From: a virus
Taxonomy: Duplodnaviria; Caudoviricetes
Length of the DNA: 55,602 bases
IMG/VR virus record: IMGVR_UViG_3300042288_000346
Location: 1-55,602 of that record
Direction: 5' to 3' (one strand)
Below are positions 17,147 through 24,676 of the stretch, in pieces. The notes below the pieces were generated by a model that did no database searches, was not told the origin of the DNA, and saw nothing but the letters and a program-made list of their open reading frames with translations. The stretch's first letter is position 1, and each line of letters begins with the position of its first letter. The position numbers were made by a program, and so were the translations under genes.

Positions 17147-19126
17147 TTAGGCTACCCGCCGGGTGTCACCGGCCTTCAACTGCTCGATCACCTTACGCAG
17201 AGCGATTGAGTGCAGGTCGCCAGCGTGGCGTACCGCCGCACCAAACTCGTACGCCTGACTGAGCAGGTCATTCGACGTGCCGATGCCGAAGGCGATGACC
17301 TCGACATCGAACATCGCCTTGCTGCAGCGCGTCATCTGCAGCACCTTCTGGGACTCGCCGAAGCCGTCGGTGATAACGATCACCAGACGCCGGCCCGACT
17401 TACGCTGCGACAGTTGTTGAACAACTGCGCGTAGGCAGGTGTAGTCCGGGGTGCCGCCGCTCGCGATCTGTCCCATCCTCACGAAGTGATGAGGGACTTG
17501 GCCAGCACGATCCTCGAAGCGCTTGGCGACCACGAGGACGCCGGCACGGGACGAGTCTCTATCATTGCCGCCCAGCAGATTCCCGAACATGTCGCGACCG
17601 CCGCCGTACTGGACGTGGTCGTAGGTGCTGGGTGATCGGAAGCCAACCACCTCACACTCAGCGCCAGCCGTCTCTGCGGCCTGAGCGATCGTCCAAGCAA
17701 GTTGGGCGGCGTTCTTGGCGTTCTGTCCGGCCATCGAGCCAGACATGTCGACCATGATGGACACCGAAGTCTCGATGCCCTCGCTGACCCAGCGGCGCTT
17801 GAAGACCGACTCGCTACCGCTCAGCATGCGCGGCGCACGGCGGCCATCGAACCGGCCACTGACCGACCCGCTGTCCCAGCCGCAACGCTCAGGAGCCTTG
17901 AGGATCTGGTACAGACGCGATTTCAGCGCCGGCAACACCGTCTTCGACAGCGTACGCGCTGCTCGACGCAGTCCGGCATCGTCCTTCTGCATCGATGTCC
18001 AGCGGCGCATTTCACTGCGGCCCGGAGGCGGGGCAGACGCCAACGAGATCGGCACCATCGTGCGCTCACGGATACGCTTGAACACGTCATCGATGTCAGG
18101 CTCAGGCGACTTGCACAACTGTTCGTCGTACTGTTCCTGCCTGTCCTCGTACGGCTCATCGCCGCCGTTGTTGGTGACAGCCTCGCCGTCCTCGCCTTCG
18201 TCGTCTCCGGACTCGATAGGCATAGGAGCGCTGTCGGCCTCGCCGGCTTCAGTCGTCTCAGACATCTCAGCCTCAGCCTGAGCGAGTTCAGCAGCATCGC
18301 TGTCGCCGTCTTCGGAACCGAACGACTCGTCGGAGTCTCCCGACTCAGAGTCGTCGTCTTCCGACTGTTGTGGCTGTTGTGACTGTTGCTGCTCCCACGG
18401 CTGCCGGCTGTCGGCACTCTGGTCGACAGGCTCGATGGCCTTCCAGCCTTCGAGGAACTGCATCGCCAGCCCCAGCGCTTGGCCAGTGCCGTCGCGATCC
18501 AGCGACAGGCTTGGCATCGCGTCAGCGACCGCCTTGTACAGGCTGCGCTTCGGCTCCGGGATTCGGTCGAGCAGTTTCTTGGCGAAACCGTTGCCGTCAC
18601 CCAGCGCGGCCCGACTGATCAGCGCGAGCGCGAATGGCGCACTGTTGATCGATGTCGGGTTGAACTTGTCATCGAGTTTGGACGTGAACTGCGACATCAG
18701 TCGCTTGAACCCAGACCGCGCACCGTTTGCGCGACCGGACGCAATCACCGCATGCTCGATGCGACCGTCCTCGATTCCGTTCCACAGATTCCGCAGCAGA
18801 GAATACTCCGGGCCTGAGTACCGGAGTAGGCTGCTTTGGTCGGTGTACGCGACGTGCCCGACCTCGTGGCTGGTGTAGGCCGCGATCAGGTCTGCCTCGA
18901 TGCGCGACACGAACGAGTTGTCGGGCATGCTGGGGTAGTTGATGCGGTAGGTCATCACCCTGCTACGGTCGGAAGTGAGCGCCCACTGGGCGAAGGCAAT
19001 CTCGCCGCCGAAGGTGACAGTGCCGGCCCCTGAGAACACGGCATCGCTGCCCAGCAGCGCTCGCAGTTGCTTCTGCGAGTGGACAAGTGCCGCGGCCTTG
19101 ACGGTCGCCGATTTAATCTTTTGCAT
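17147..19126 (-). CDS. CobT-like protein: N-terminal HEXXH metallopeptidase-like domain, acidic linker, C-terminal vWA domain
   Basis: HEVGH...NGIEDGRIE; D/E-rich linker; MIDAS motifs DMSGS, GGTP and ITDG. Confidence 0.85.
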   Translation of the reverse strand: MQKIKSATVKAAALVHSQKQLRALLGSDAVFSGAGTVTFGGEIAFAQWALTSDRSRVMTYRINYPSMPDNSFVSRIEADLIAAYTSHEVGHVAYTDQSSLLRYSGPEYSLLRNLWNGIEDGRIEHAVIASGRANGARSGFKRLMSQFTSKLDDKFNPTSINSAPFALALISRAALGDGNGFAKKLLDRIPEPKRSLYKAVADAMPSLSLDRDGTGQALGLAMQFLEGWKAIEPVDQSADSRQPWEQQQSQQPQQSEDDDSESGDSDESFGSEDGDSDAAELAQAEAEMSETTEAGEADSAPMPIESGDDEGEDGEAVTNNGGDEPYEDRQEQYDEQLCKSPEPDIDDVFKRIRERTMVPISLASAPPPGRSEMRRWTSMQKDDAGLRRAARTLSKTVLPALKSRLYQILKAPERCGWDSGSVSGRFDGRRAPRMLSGSESVFKRRWVSEGIETSVSIMVDMSGSMAGQNAKNAAQLAWTIAQAAETAGAECEVVGFRSPSTYDHVQYGGGRDMFGNLLGGNDRDSSRAGVLVVAKRFEDRAGQVPHHFVRMGQIASGGTPDYTCLRAVVQQLSQRKSGRRLVIVITDGFGESQKVLQMTRCSKAMFDVEVIAFGIGTSNDLLSQAYEFGAAVRHAGDLHSIALRKVIEQLKAGDTRRVA

Positions 19127-19135
19127 GACGATTCC

Positions 19136-20353
19136 TCACGCCGCTTCGGGCGCATTTGGGGAGTTGACATCGACCACGTCGGGCGTGACGACAGGCGGCG
19201 CGAGACCAGCCATCGCGGCCTCGATACCAGCGTCCGACATGTTCGCTTTCCATATCTGCTGCAGGACTTCACGCGATTCAGGCGATGCTCGATTGACCAT
19301 CGTCTGCTCGAATGCCAGTCGCGGCGGCACCTTGTCGGCCAGCGCCTCAGCAAGGTAGAACGCCTCGCGCAGCGTCGGGACATGGTCGAGTTGGCTAGAC
19401 TGACCAGCCTGCCGCATGACCGACAGCATGCTCACGATCAGCGTCGACAGGTTGCTGTGGACGCCAGTGCGGCTGCTGATGACCTGCGCTTCGTCCGCCG
19501 ATTGCAGGTAACTGAACTCGATCGTGCGAGCGAAGCGGTTGACGAACGCGACGTTCATCTCGCGCACCCCGGCGTACATGCCGGTGTAGTCGCCGCGACC
19601 GTTCGAGTTGTCCGCAGCCATGAACACCACGCCCGGAGCCTTGCGAATCACCTCGCCAGTCTCAGGCACCGTGACCACGCCCTCCGGCTCCAGCGGCGCA
19701 TGCAGCGCCGACAGGTACTCAGGTCGAGCGAACGACACCTCGTCGAGCAGGATGACTGCACCGGGGCGCACGAAACCGCGCAGGATGATGCCGTGCTGGT
19801 AGACGGTCGAGCCGTTCTTGACACGCTCGCCGCCGATGAACTCGTAGCGCTCAGCACCGCTGTCGAACGACACGCGGACGAAGGCGCGACCAAGGCCAGC
19901 GCACAGGTTGCGCACGAACTCCGTCTTGCCGGTGCCGGCAGGGCCAGCCAGCCACACGTTGCGGCCACGGGCAACAGCCGTCACAGCAGTGAACAGTTGC
20001 TCCGCGTTGAACTTGTACAACGGGTCGAGCGCGGGGGCTGCAGGGTCGTTGTAAACATCGACCTCGTACGCACCGTGCTTGCCGCGGATGCCGAAGACCT
20101 CGCGCAGCGACTTGCGAGCGACCACCTCGACGTTGGGCACCTCGACCGCCGCAGAAGGCGTAGGAGCCGCGATCGGTGCGAGGGAGCCTGAGATCAGGCC
20201 CATCGAGGAAATCGCCTCAGCGACCTTCTCCTGCGGCAGAGCGGCCACTTGCTCGATGAAGTCCTGCTTGGACTTGCGAGCGTAGTCGCCAGCGGAGCCG
20301 GACACCCGGCGAACCAACTCGACGAGTTGGGCCTTGGACATTTGGTTGATCAT
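19136..20353 (-). CDS. MoxR/CbbQ/CobS-type AAA+ ATPase
   Basis: Walker A GPAGTGKT, Walker B ILLDE, AADN, NRF and PTLRE motifs. Start placed at MINQ (20353), after the GAGG RBS. Confidence 0.88.
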   Translation of the reverse strand: MINQMSKAQLVELVRRVSGSAGDYARKSKQDFIEQVAALPQEKVAEAISSMGLISGSLAPIAAPTPSAAVEVPNVEVVARKSLREVFGIRGKHGAYEVDVYNDPAAPALDPLYKFNAEQLFTAVTAVARGRNVWLAGPAGTGKTEFVRNLCAGLGRAFVRVSFDSGAERYEFIGGERVKNGSTVYQHGIILRGFVRPGAVILLDEVSFARPEYLSALHAPLEPEGVVTVPETGEVIRKAPGVVFMAADNSNGRGDYTGMYAGVREMNVAFVNRFARTIEFSYLQSADEAQVISSRTGVHSNLSTLIVSMLSVMRQAGQSSQLDHVPTLREAFYLAEALADKVPPRLAFEQTMVNRASPESREVLQQIWKANMSDAGIEAAMAGLAPPVVTPDVVDVNSPNAPEAA

Positions 20354-20382
20354 GGGAGCCTCACAGTTGTTGTTGATTGTCT

Positions 20383-20445
20383 GACCATCGTCAGGCAGCG
20401 CATCACGCTGCGACAGGGACGCCTCACGGCGAGCCTGTTTCGGTC
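20383..20445 (-). ncRNA. Type II hammerhead ribozyme (HH2)
   Basis: Minus strand: GACC-GAAA-CAGG..CGCC(GUGA)GGCG..CCUG-UC^-GCAGCG(UGAUG)CGCUGC-CUGACGA-U-GGUC. Core complete with three stems; predicted cut between 20412 and 20411. Confidence 0.88.
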
Positions 20446-20624
20446 TATCGGGCCATCTCCTTGATGCCCTTGATCCGGCCATCGAAGTGGCCGAGTTGGT
20501 AGACGTAGGTGATCTGCGATCGAACGCAGGATTCAGACACCACGTAGCCATCTTTCGATGCCTGCTCGATGTACTTGAACAGTCGCTCGACAATCCGATC
20601 GACTTCTTCGTTTTCGTGTTTCAT
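20445..20624 (-). CDS. Hypothetical protein (59 aa)
   Basis: Manually translated as MKHENEEVDRIVERLFKYIEQ...KEMAR, with a GAGGAGG RBS. The stop codon abuts HH2. Confidence 0.7.
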   Translation of the reverse strand: MKHENEEVDRIVERLFKYIEQASKDGYVVSESCVRSQITYVYQLGHFDGRIKGIKEMAR

Positions 20625-20728
20625 TGCGAATCCTCCTCATCCAGCCAACCGAAAGCGATGTATCCGGCCAGTGCGAACACGGCCAGTGCGAGCGCCATGC
20701 GTGGCGCGTAGAACAGGAATGCGTCCAT
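20621..20728 (-). CDS. Small membrane peptide (35 aa)
   Basis: MDAFLFYAPRMALALAVFALAGYIAFGWLDEEDSQ; GAGGTG RBS and ATGA coupling. Confidence 0.6.
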   Translation of the reverse strand: MDAFLFYAPRMALALAVFALAGYIAFGWLDEEDSQ

Positions 20729-20736
20729 CGATCACC

Positions 20737-20991
20737 TCACAGGTCGAACAGCGAGACGCTGGTGGAGCGCACTTCCGACACGACTTCGGCGAGTTGCTCG
20801 TCGGTCAGAATCTTGCGCACCTTGGTCGAATCGATTCGGCTCGAAGCGCGTTCAGAGACGACGGCGCGGAAGACCTCGCCGCGGTACTCGCCAGCGCCAG
20901 AGTCGCGCAGGATTTTCTTGATGGCCTCAGCCTGCTGGTTGAGGGCGGAGATTTGTGCGTTGAGCGCACCCAGTTGGTCGACGATCTGCAT
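20737..20991 (-). CDS. Hypothetical phage protein (84 aa)
   Basis: VDQLGALNAQI...G.YRGEVFRAVV pattern; GAGG RBS. Confidence 0.75.
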   Translation of the reverse strand: MQIVDQLGALNAQISALNQQAEAIKKILRDSGAGEYRGEVFRAVVSERASSRIDSTKVRKILTDEQLAEVVSEVRSTSVSLFDL

Positions 20992-21019
20992 ATAGCCTCA
21001 CAGTTGTGTTGATGTTGTT

Positions 21020-21071
21020 GGTCTCGTCAGTGGCAGCATCACTGCCAGACCGGCTCACGCCGGTTTCGACC
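21020..21071 (-). ncRNA. Type II hammerhead ribozyme (HH1)
   Basis: Minus strand: GGUC-GAAA-CCGGC(GUGA)GCCGG-UC^-UGGCAG(UGAUG)CUGCCA-CUGACGA-GACC. Canonical core; predicted cut between 21048 and 21047. Confidence 0.92.
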
Positions 21072-21073
21072 TG

Positions 21074-21388
21074 TCAGAAGTTGTAGTCGTAGAACTTGAC
21101 CGGCTCGTCGGACAGGCCATAGCGCCGCTTCGCGGCATCCTTCCAGCCGTGCTTGCCAAGGCGGATGCGGACAACGCGACCGTCCGGGTCGCTCTTGATC
21201 AGCCACTGCTGGCTGCTCTGGTTGACCACCGTGCCGAAGAAGCCGCCGGGGACAAAGTCAGGCTTCCACGAGGGGTCGCGCTCAGCCTTCATGGCGCGTA
21301 TTTCGAGCGTCTTGTCGCTCACGCGCCGCACGATCTCGAAAGGGTTCACGTCGCTGTAGCCGTAGTGGTTGGCGTAGTTCATGTTCAT
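21074..21388 (-). CDS. Hypothetical phage early protein (104 aa)
   Basis: First ORF after the early leader; GGAG RBS; ends FYDYNF. Confidence 0.75.
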   Translation of the reverse strand: MNMNYANHYGYSDVNPFEIVRRVSDKTLEIRAMKAERDPSWKPDFVPGGFFGTVVNQSSQQWLIKSDPDGRVVRIRLGKHGWKDAAKRRYGLSDEPVKFYDYNF

Positions 21389-21411
21389 CTCCAGTTGTTG
21401 TTAACAGTTGT

Positions 21412-21647
21412 GACTCAGTGCAGCGTCCTAAGCGAGGGCGCTCTACTCAGTCGCGAGATTGATTCTCCGGTTCGTTGGGCATCGTCAGACTTTCGGGCGG
21501 CTGCTGTACTTGCAGGTCATTGCCTTCAACCCTACGGCTTCACCGATGCTTTAGGCCGGACTCCGTCTCAGGGAGCCGCCGGGCTGCTTGCGCTCATCCG
21601 GCACCAGAACCTTTGTTTGGGTGGCCCGTCTGGGAGGCCAGTGGTGC
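21412..21647 (-). ncRNA. Long structured 5' leader / candidate ncRNA of the early operon
   Basis: Serial helices: GCACCA...UGGUGC, CCGG..GC(GCAA)GC..CCGG, CUCC(CUGAGAC)GGAG, GCAUCG...CGAUGC, and an 18-bp imperfect hairpin at 21412-21452. Confidence 0.5.
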
Positions 21648-21649
21648 GT

Positions 21650-21678
21650 ATCCTGAACAGTTCCACAGTTGTTGTCAA
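21650..21678 (-). promoter_or_regulatory. Putative sigma70 early promoter
   Basis: TTGACA-17 nt-CAGGAT; the spacer contains the ACAACTGTG motif. Confidence 0.55.
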
Positions 21679-21738
21679 CACTTGTTTCTGACAAATGTCG
21701 AAATAGGTGATTTCCCCTAGGAAAATAGGAGTTCCGAG

Positions 21739-21933
21739 ATGATGAAGGGCAAAATGCACGGCAAGAAGCACGGTTCGAAGCACGGGCGCAGCGAGATGCG
21801 AGCGCTGAAGCGTGGCGGTGCGAGCAAGGCTGTTGTGGCCGAAGAGGCCGCGGAGTACGGCATGAAGCATGGCGGCATGGTCGGCAGCGGCTGCGGTGGA
21901 TACCGCGGCAAGCAGGACTACGGCAAGCGCTGA
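21739..21933 (+). CDS. Small basic Gly/Lys-rich protein
   Basis: AGGAG RBS; MKHGGMV motif; first gene of the late operon. Confidence 0.7.
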   Translation: MMKGKMHGKKHGSKHGRSEMRALKRGGASKAVVAEEAAEYGMKHGGMVGSGCGGYRGKQDYGKR

Positions 21934-22082
21934 TGCCCGGACTGTACGAGAACATTTGGAAAAAGCGCCGCCGCATCGCCGCAGGAAGCGGGGAATCGAT
22001 GCGCAAGCCCGGAACTAAGAGCGCACCCAGCGCTGCAGACTTCCGGAAGGCCTCTAAGACAGCGAAGCGCGGCAAGAAGTGA
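21933..22082 (+). CDS. Small basic protein (49 aa)
   Basis: Manually translated as MPGLYENIWKKRRRIAAGSGESMRKPGTKSAPSAADFRKASKTAKRGKK; coupled at both ends. Confidence 0.7.
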   Translation: MPGLYENIWKKRRRIAAGSGESMRKPGTKSAPSAADFRKASKTAKRGKK

Positions 22083-22699
22083 GCGAGGGTGAGGCAGTGA
22101 GTCAGACCAAGCGTGAGGAAAAACGCCGCGCCGCAAGGGAGCGGAAGGACGCGATCCAGCAGCAGGAGTTGTCCATCGAGAGGGAGAGAGAGCAGGCAGC
22201 CTTCAAGGCACTGCAGGAGTCCAGACAGAAGGGAATCATGGGGAGACCCAGTTCCTACACAGACGAGAGGGCAGACGAACTCTGCACATGGATCGCACAG
22301 GGGAACAGCCTGCGCAGTTTCTGCAAGATCCACGGGATGGAAGCCCAGACGGTGTACCGGTGGATGCGGGAGCGCCCCGACTTCCAGCAACGCTACGCCC
22401 GCGCACACGAGGATCGTGCCGACAGTCTGGCCGACGAGATGTGCGACATCGCCGACGAGGTGGCCGCCAACGGGGGCAGCATCGAGGCCGTACAGGCCGC
22501 CCGACTGCGGATCGACACCCGCAAGTGGATTGCCGCCAAGTTGCGACCGGGCAGGTGGGGGGAGGTGCAGGCACCCAAGGCGCAGACCGCCGTCACGTTC
22601 AAGATCGGACTGCCCCTCATGGACAGGGGTGGGGGTGGAATCACAATAGACGCTACCCCTGTTGCTGAGGCGCTCCCAGACGGGGCAGAGGCGGCCTAA
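22079..22699 (+). CDS. terS: Terminase small subunit (Sf6 gp1-like)
   Basis: GRPSSYT...I..G.SLR..C...TVYRW...ARLRIDTRKW.AAKL.P pattern. Confidence 0.85.
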   Translation: MSEGEAVSQTKREEKRRAARERKDAIQQQELSIEREREQAAFKALQESRQKGIMGRPSSYTDERADELCTWIAQGNSLRSFCKIHGMEAQTVYRWMRERPDFQQRYARAHEDRADSLADEMCDIADEVAANGGSIEAVQAARLRIDTRKWIAAKLRPGRWGEVQAPKAQTAVTFKIGLPLMDRGGGGITIDATPVAEALPDGAEAA

Positions 22700-23053
22700 T
22701 AGCGGATCGCGCACTCCTTTAATGGCATGGCAGACCCCCCTCCGGCCTGCCGTCCAGCGGCGGCATCCGGCCCCCGCCAGCGGCCCATCGAGCGCGACGG
22801 GGGGTGGCTTTGGTTCCACCACACATACCTACTCACACGCACTGGTCGACTCCGGTCGTGACCCCCTGCTGGCCACTGAGCTGCAGGCCGGGGGGCTATG
22901 TTGGCCGGCTACAAAATTTTTTTGCGGCTGCCCTTTAGGCGGTCGATGTACCCAATCGGTCACTGGGCACCCTCCTCATCGCCCAAAGTCAGGTCGCCTC
23001 CCCTGACGGTAGTGACGCGGGATGTCGTAACCCGCACTTACTAGGGGGTTCGC

Positions 23054-23356
23054 ATGATTCCGAAAGAGTTCTCGATCATGGGCTGCACGGTGACTGTCGA
23101 GATCCTCAGTGACGAGGAGTGGCAGCACGAGGGGGCGGTCGGGTTGTATGACCCGTCCCGTCACAGCATCAAGCTGTTGAAGTCAAATCAGCAGATGATG
23201 GAACACACGTACTTTCATGAGCTGGTGCATTGCATCCTGCATACGATCGGCAGAACAAAGCTGTCTGATGATGAGGAGCTGGTGGACATGGTCGCAGGAC
23301 TGTTACATCAGTCTGTTAAGACAGCTGTGTATCCGAACAACAAAAAGGGCAAATGA
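23054..23356 (+). CDS. Small HEXXH zincin-like metallopeptidase
   Basis: GLYD...I.L...TYFHELVHCILH...EELVD motif. Confidence 0.75.
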   Translation: MIPKEFSIMGCTVTVEILSDEEWQHEGAVGLYDPSRHSIKLLKSNQQMMEHTYFHELVHCILHTIGRTKLSDDEELVDMVAGLLHQSVKTAVYPNNKKGK

Positions 23357-23359
23357 GGC

Positions 23360-24436
23360 ATGGTTAGAAAATTTAGTGATGAGGAGCTGTTGGCTTCTCT
23401 TGAGCGCAACCGGTATGTGAGATCTGAGACTGCTCTTGAGCTGGGGATCTCTGTCAGGAACCTGATCATGCATATCGGCAGGCTGAAGGCGGCTGGGGTA
23501 AAAATCCCTGACACGTCTTACCCGATCGGGCATCAGACCCGCAGCTTCGAGGACAAGAAGCAGCAGTTCGAGATCAAGGAGCTGCCGGACGACGACGTCT
23601 CCGTCGAGGAGCTGGTTCAGATCCGCAAGCGGCAGTTCGCTGCCAAGAAGAGCCATGAAGAGGCGGCCAAGCTCATCCCGGTCAAGATCAAGATTGATGG
23701 CGCTGTAGGCCTCCTGCACTTCGGTGACCCGCACGTCGACGACGACGGCACGGACATTGCCGCCTTGGAGCGCCACACCAAGCTGGTGTCGGACACGCCG
23801 GGGTTGTTTGCCTGCAACGTGGGCGACACCCTGAACAACTGGACGGGCCGGTTGGCCCGGTTGTACGGCGAGCAGGCTACGTCAGCGGCGCAGGCATGGC
23901 GTCTGGCGGAATGGTTCGTCGGACGCTGCGACTGGCTGTACATGATTGGGGGAAACCACGACCTGTGGTCTGGCGCTGGAGACCCGCTGAAGTGGATCGC
24001 AAAGCAGCAAAACGCCTTGTACAAATCCTCAGAGGCACGCATAGCCTTGAGGTTTCCAAATGGGCAAGAGGTGCGTGTGAACGCACGCCACGATCATGTC
24101 GGCTCCTCGATATGGAACCCAGCCCACGGGCCGATGAAGGCCGCGATCATGGGCACGCGAGATCACCTGTACGTCGCCGGACATAAACACGAGTCGGCGT
24201 ACTCAGTGCTGAAAGACCCCATCAGCGGGATCACGATGCATGCACTGAAGGTTTCGAGCTACAAGATCTACGACCGTTTCGCAAAGGAGCGCGGGTTCAG
24301 GGACAATACGCTCAGTCCTTGTGCGCTGACTGTGATTAACCCATCCCTTCCGAATTCGCACCCAGACCTGATCAAGGTCTTCTGGGAACCGGAGGAAGGC
24401 GTCAACTATCTTAACTTCTTGCGGAAGAAGAAATAA
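23360..24436 (+). CDS. Fis-like HTH fused to a calcineurin-like metallophosphoesterase
   Basis: RSETALELGISVRNL HTH; GDPH, VGD, GNHD, RH and GHKH motifs. Confidence 0.82.
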   Translation: MVRKFSDEELLASLERNRYVRSETALELGISVRNLIMHIGRLKAAGVKIPDTSYPIGHQTRSFEDKKQQFEIKELPDDDVSVEELVQIRKRQFAAKKSHEEAAKLIPVKIKIDGAVGLLHFGDPHVDDDGTDIAALERHTKLVSDTPGLFACNVGDTLNNWTGRLARLYGEQATSAAQAWRLAEWFVGRCDWLYMIGGNHDLWSGAGDPLKWIAKQQNALYKSSEARIALRFPNGQEVRVNARHDHVGSSIWNPAHGPMKAAIMGTRDHLYVAGHKHESAYSVLKDPISGITMHALKVSSYKIYDRFAKERGFRDNTLSPCALTVINPSLPNSHPDLIKVFWEPEEGVNYLNFLRKKK

Positions 24437-24669
24437 TGGAACTTCAAGCTGTCTTTAACGTAGTCCTTGGCCTGTCAGCAACAGGCTTGGGATGGTTCGC
24501 TAGAGAACTCTGGTCTGCGGTAAGTGGTCTTAAATCGGACATCGCGAAACTGAGGGAAGACATCCCAAGATATTACGTCTCGAAAGATGACTACCGCGAA
24601 GACATCCGTGAATTGAAAGGCATGTTAGAAAAGATCTTCGACCGGCTAGAGAACAAGGCAGACAAGTGA
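24436..24669 (+). CDS. Holin-like / single-TM coiled-coil protein
   Basis: N-terminal TM helix, then YVSKDDY...IFDRLENKADK; within the lysis cluster. Confidence 0.6.
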   Translation: MELQAVFNVVLGLSATGLGWFARELWSAVSGLKSDIAKLREDIPRYYVSKDDYREDIRELKGMLEKIFDRLENKADK

Positions 24670-24676
24670 GGCAATC

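Noticed and set aside
17147-20353. Cobalamin biosynthesis auxiliary genes (cobS/cobT)
   Set aside because: No cobN or other pathway genes are present. The motifs support only a generic MoxR AAA+/vWA pair.
20354-20593. N-terminal extension of the AAA+ ORF in the ORF track (485 aa)
   Set aside because: It would run through HH2 and a separate RBS-bearing ORF. The ATG at 20353 has its own RBS.
21470-21500. Third hammerhead (minus strand CGAAAGUCUGACGAUG)
   Set aside because: GAAA and CUGACGA are only 2 nt apart, leaving no room for stems I and III, and no stem II forms downstream.
21551-22822. 423-aa minus-strand ORF and other long antisense ORFs (e.g. 19067-20191, 44780-45742, 2107-3027)
   Set aside because: These are shadow frames of well-supported genes in GC-rich DNA and carry no recognisable motifs.
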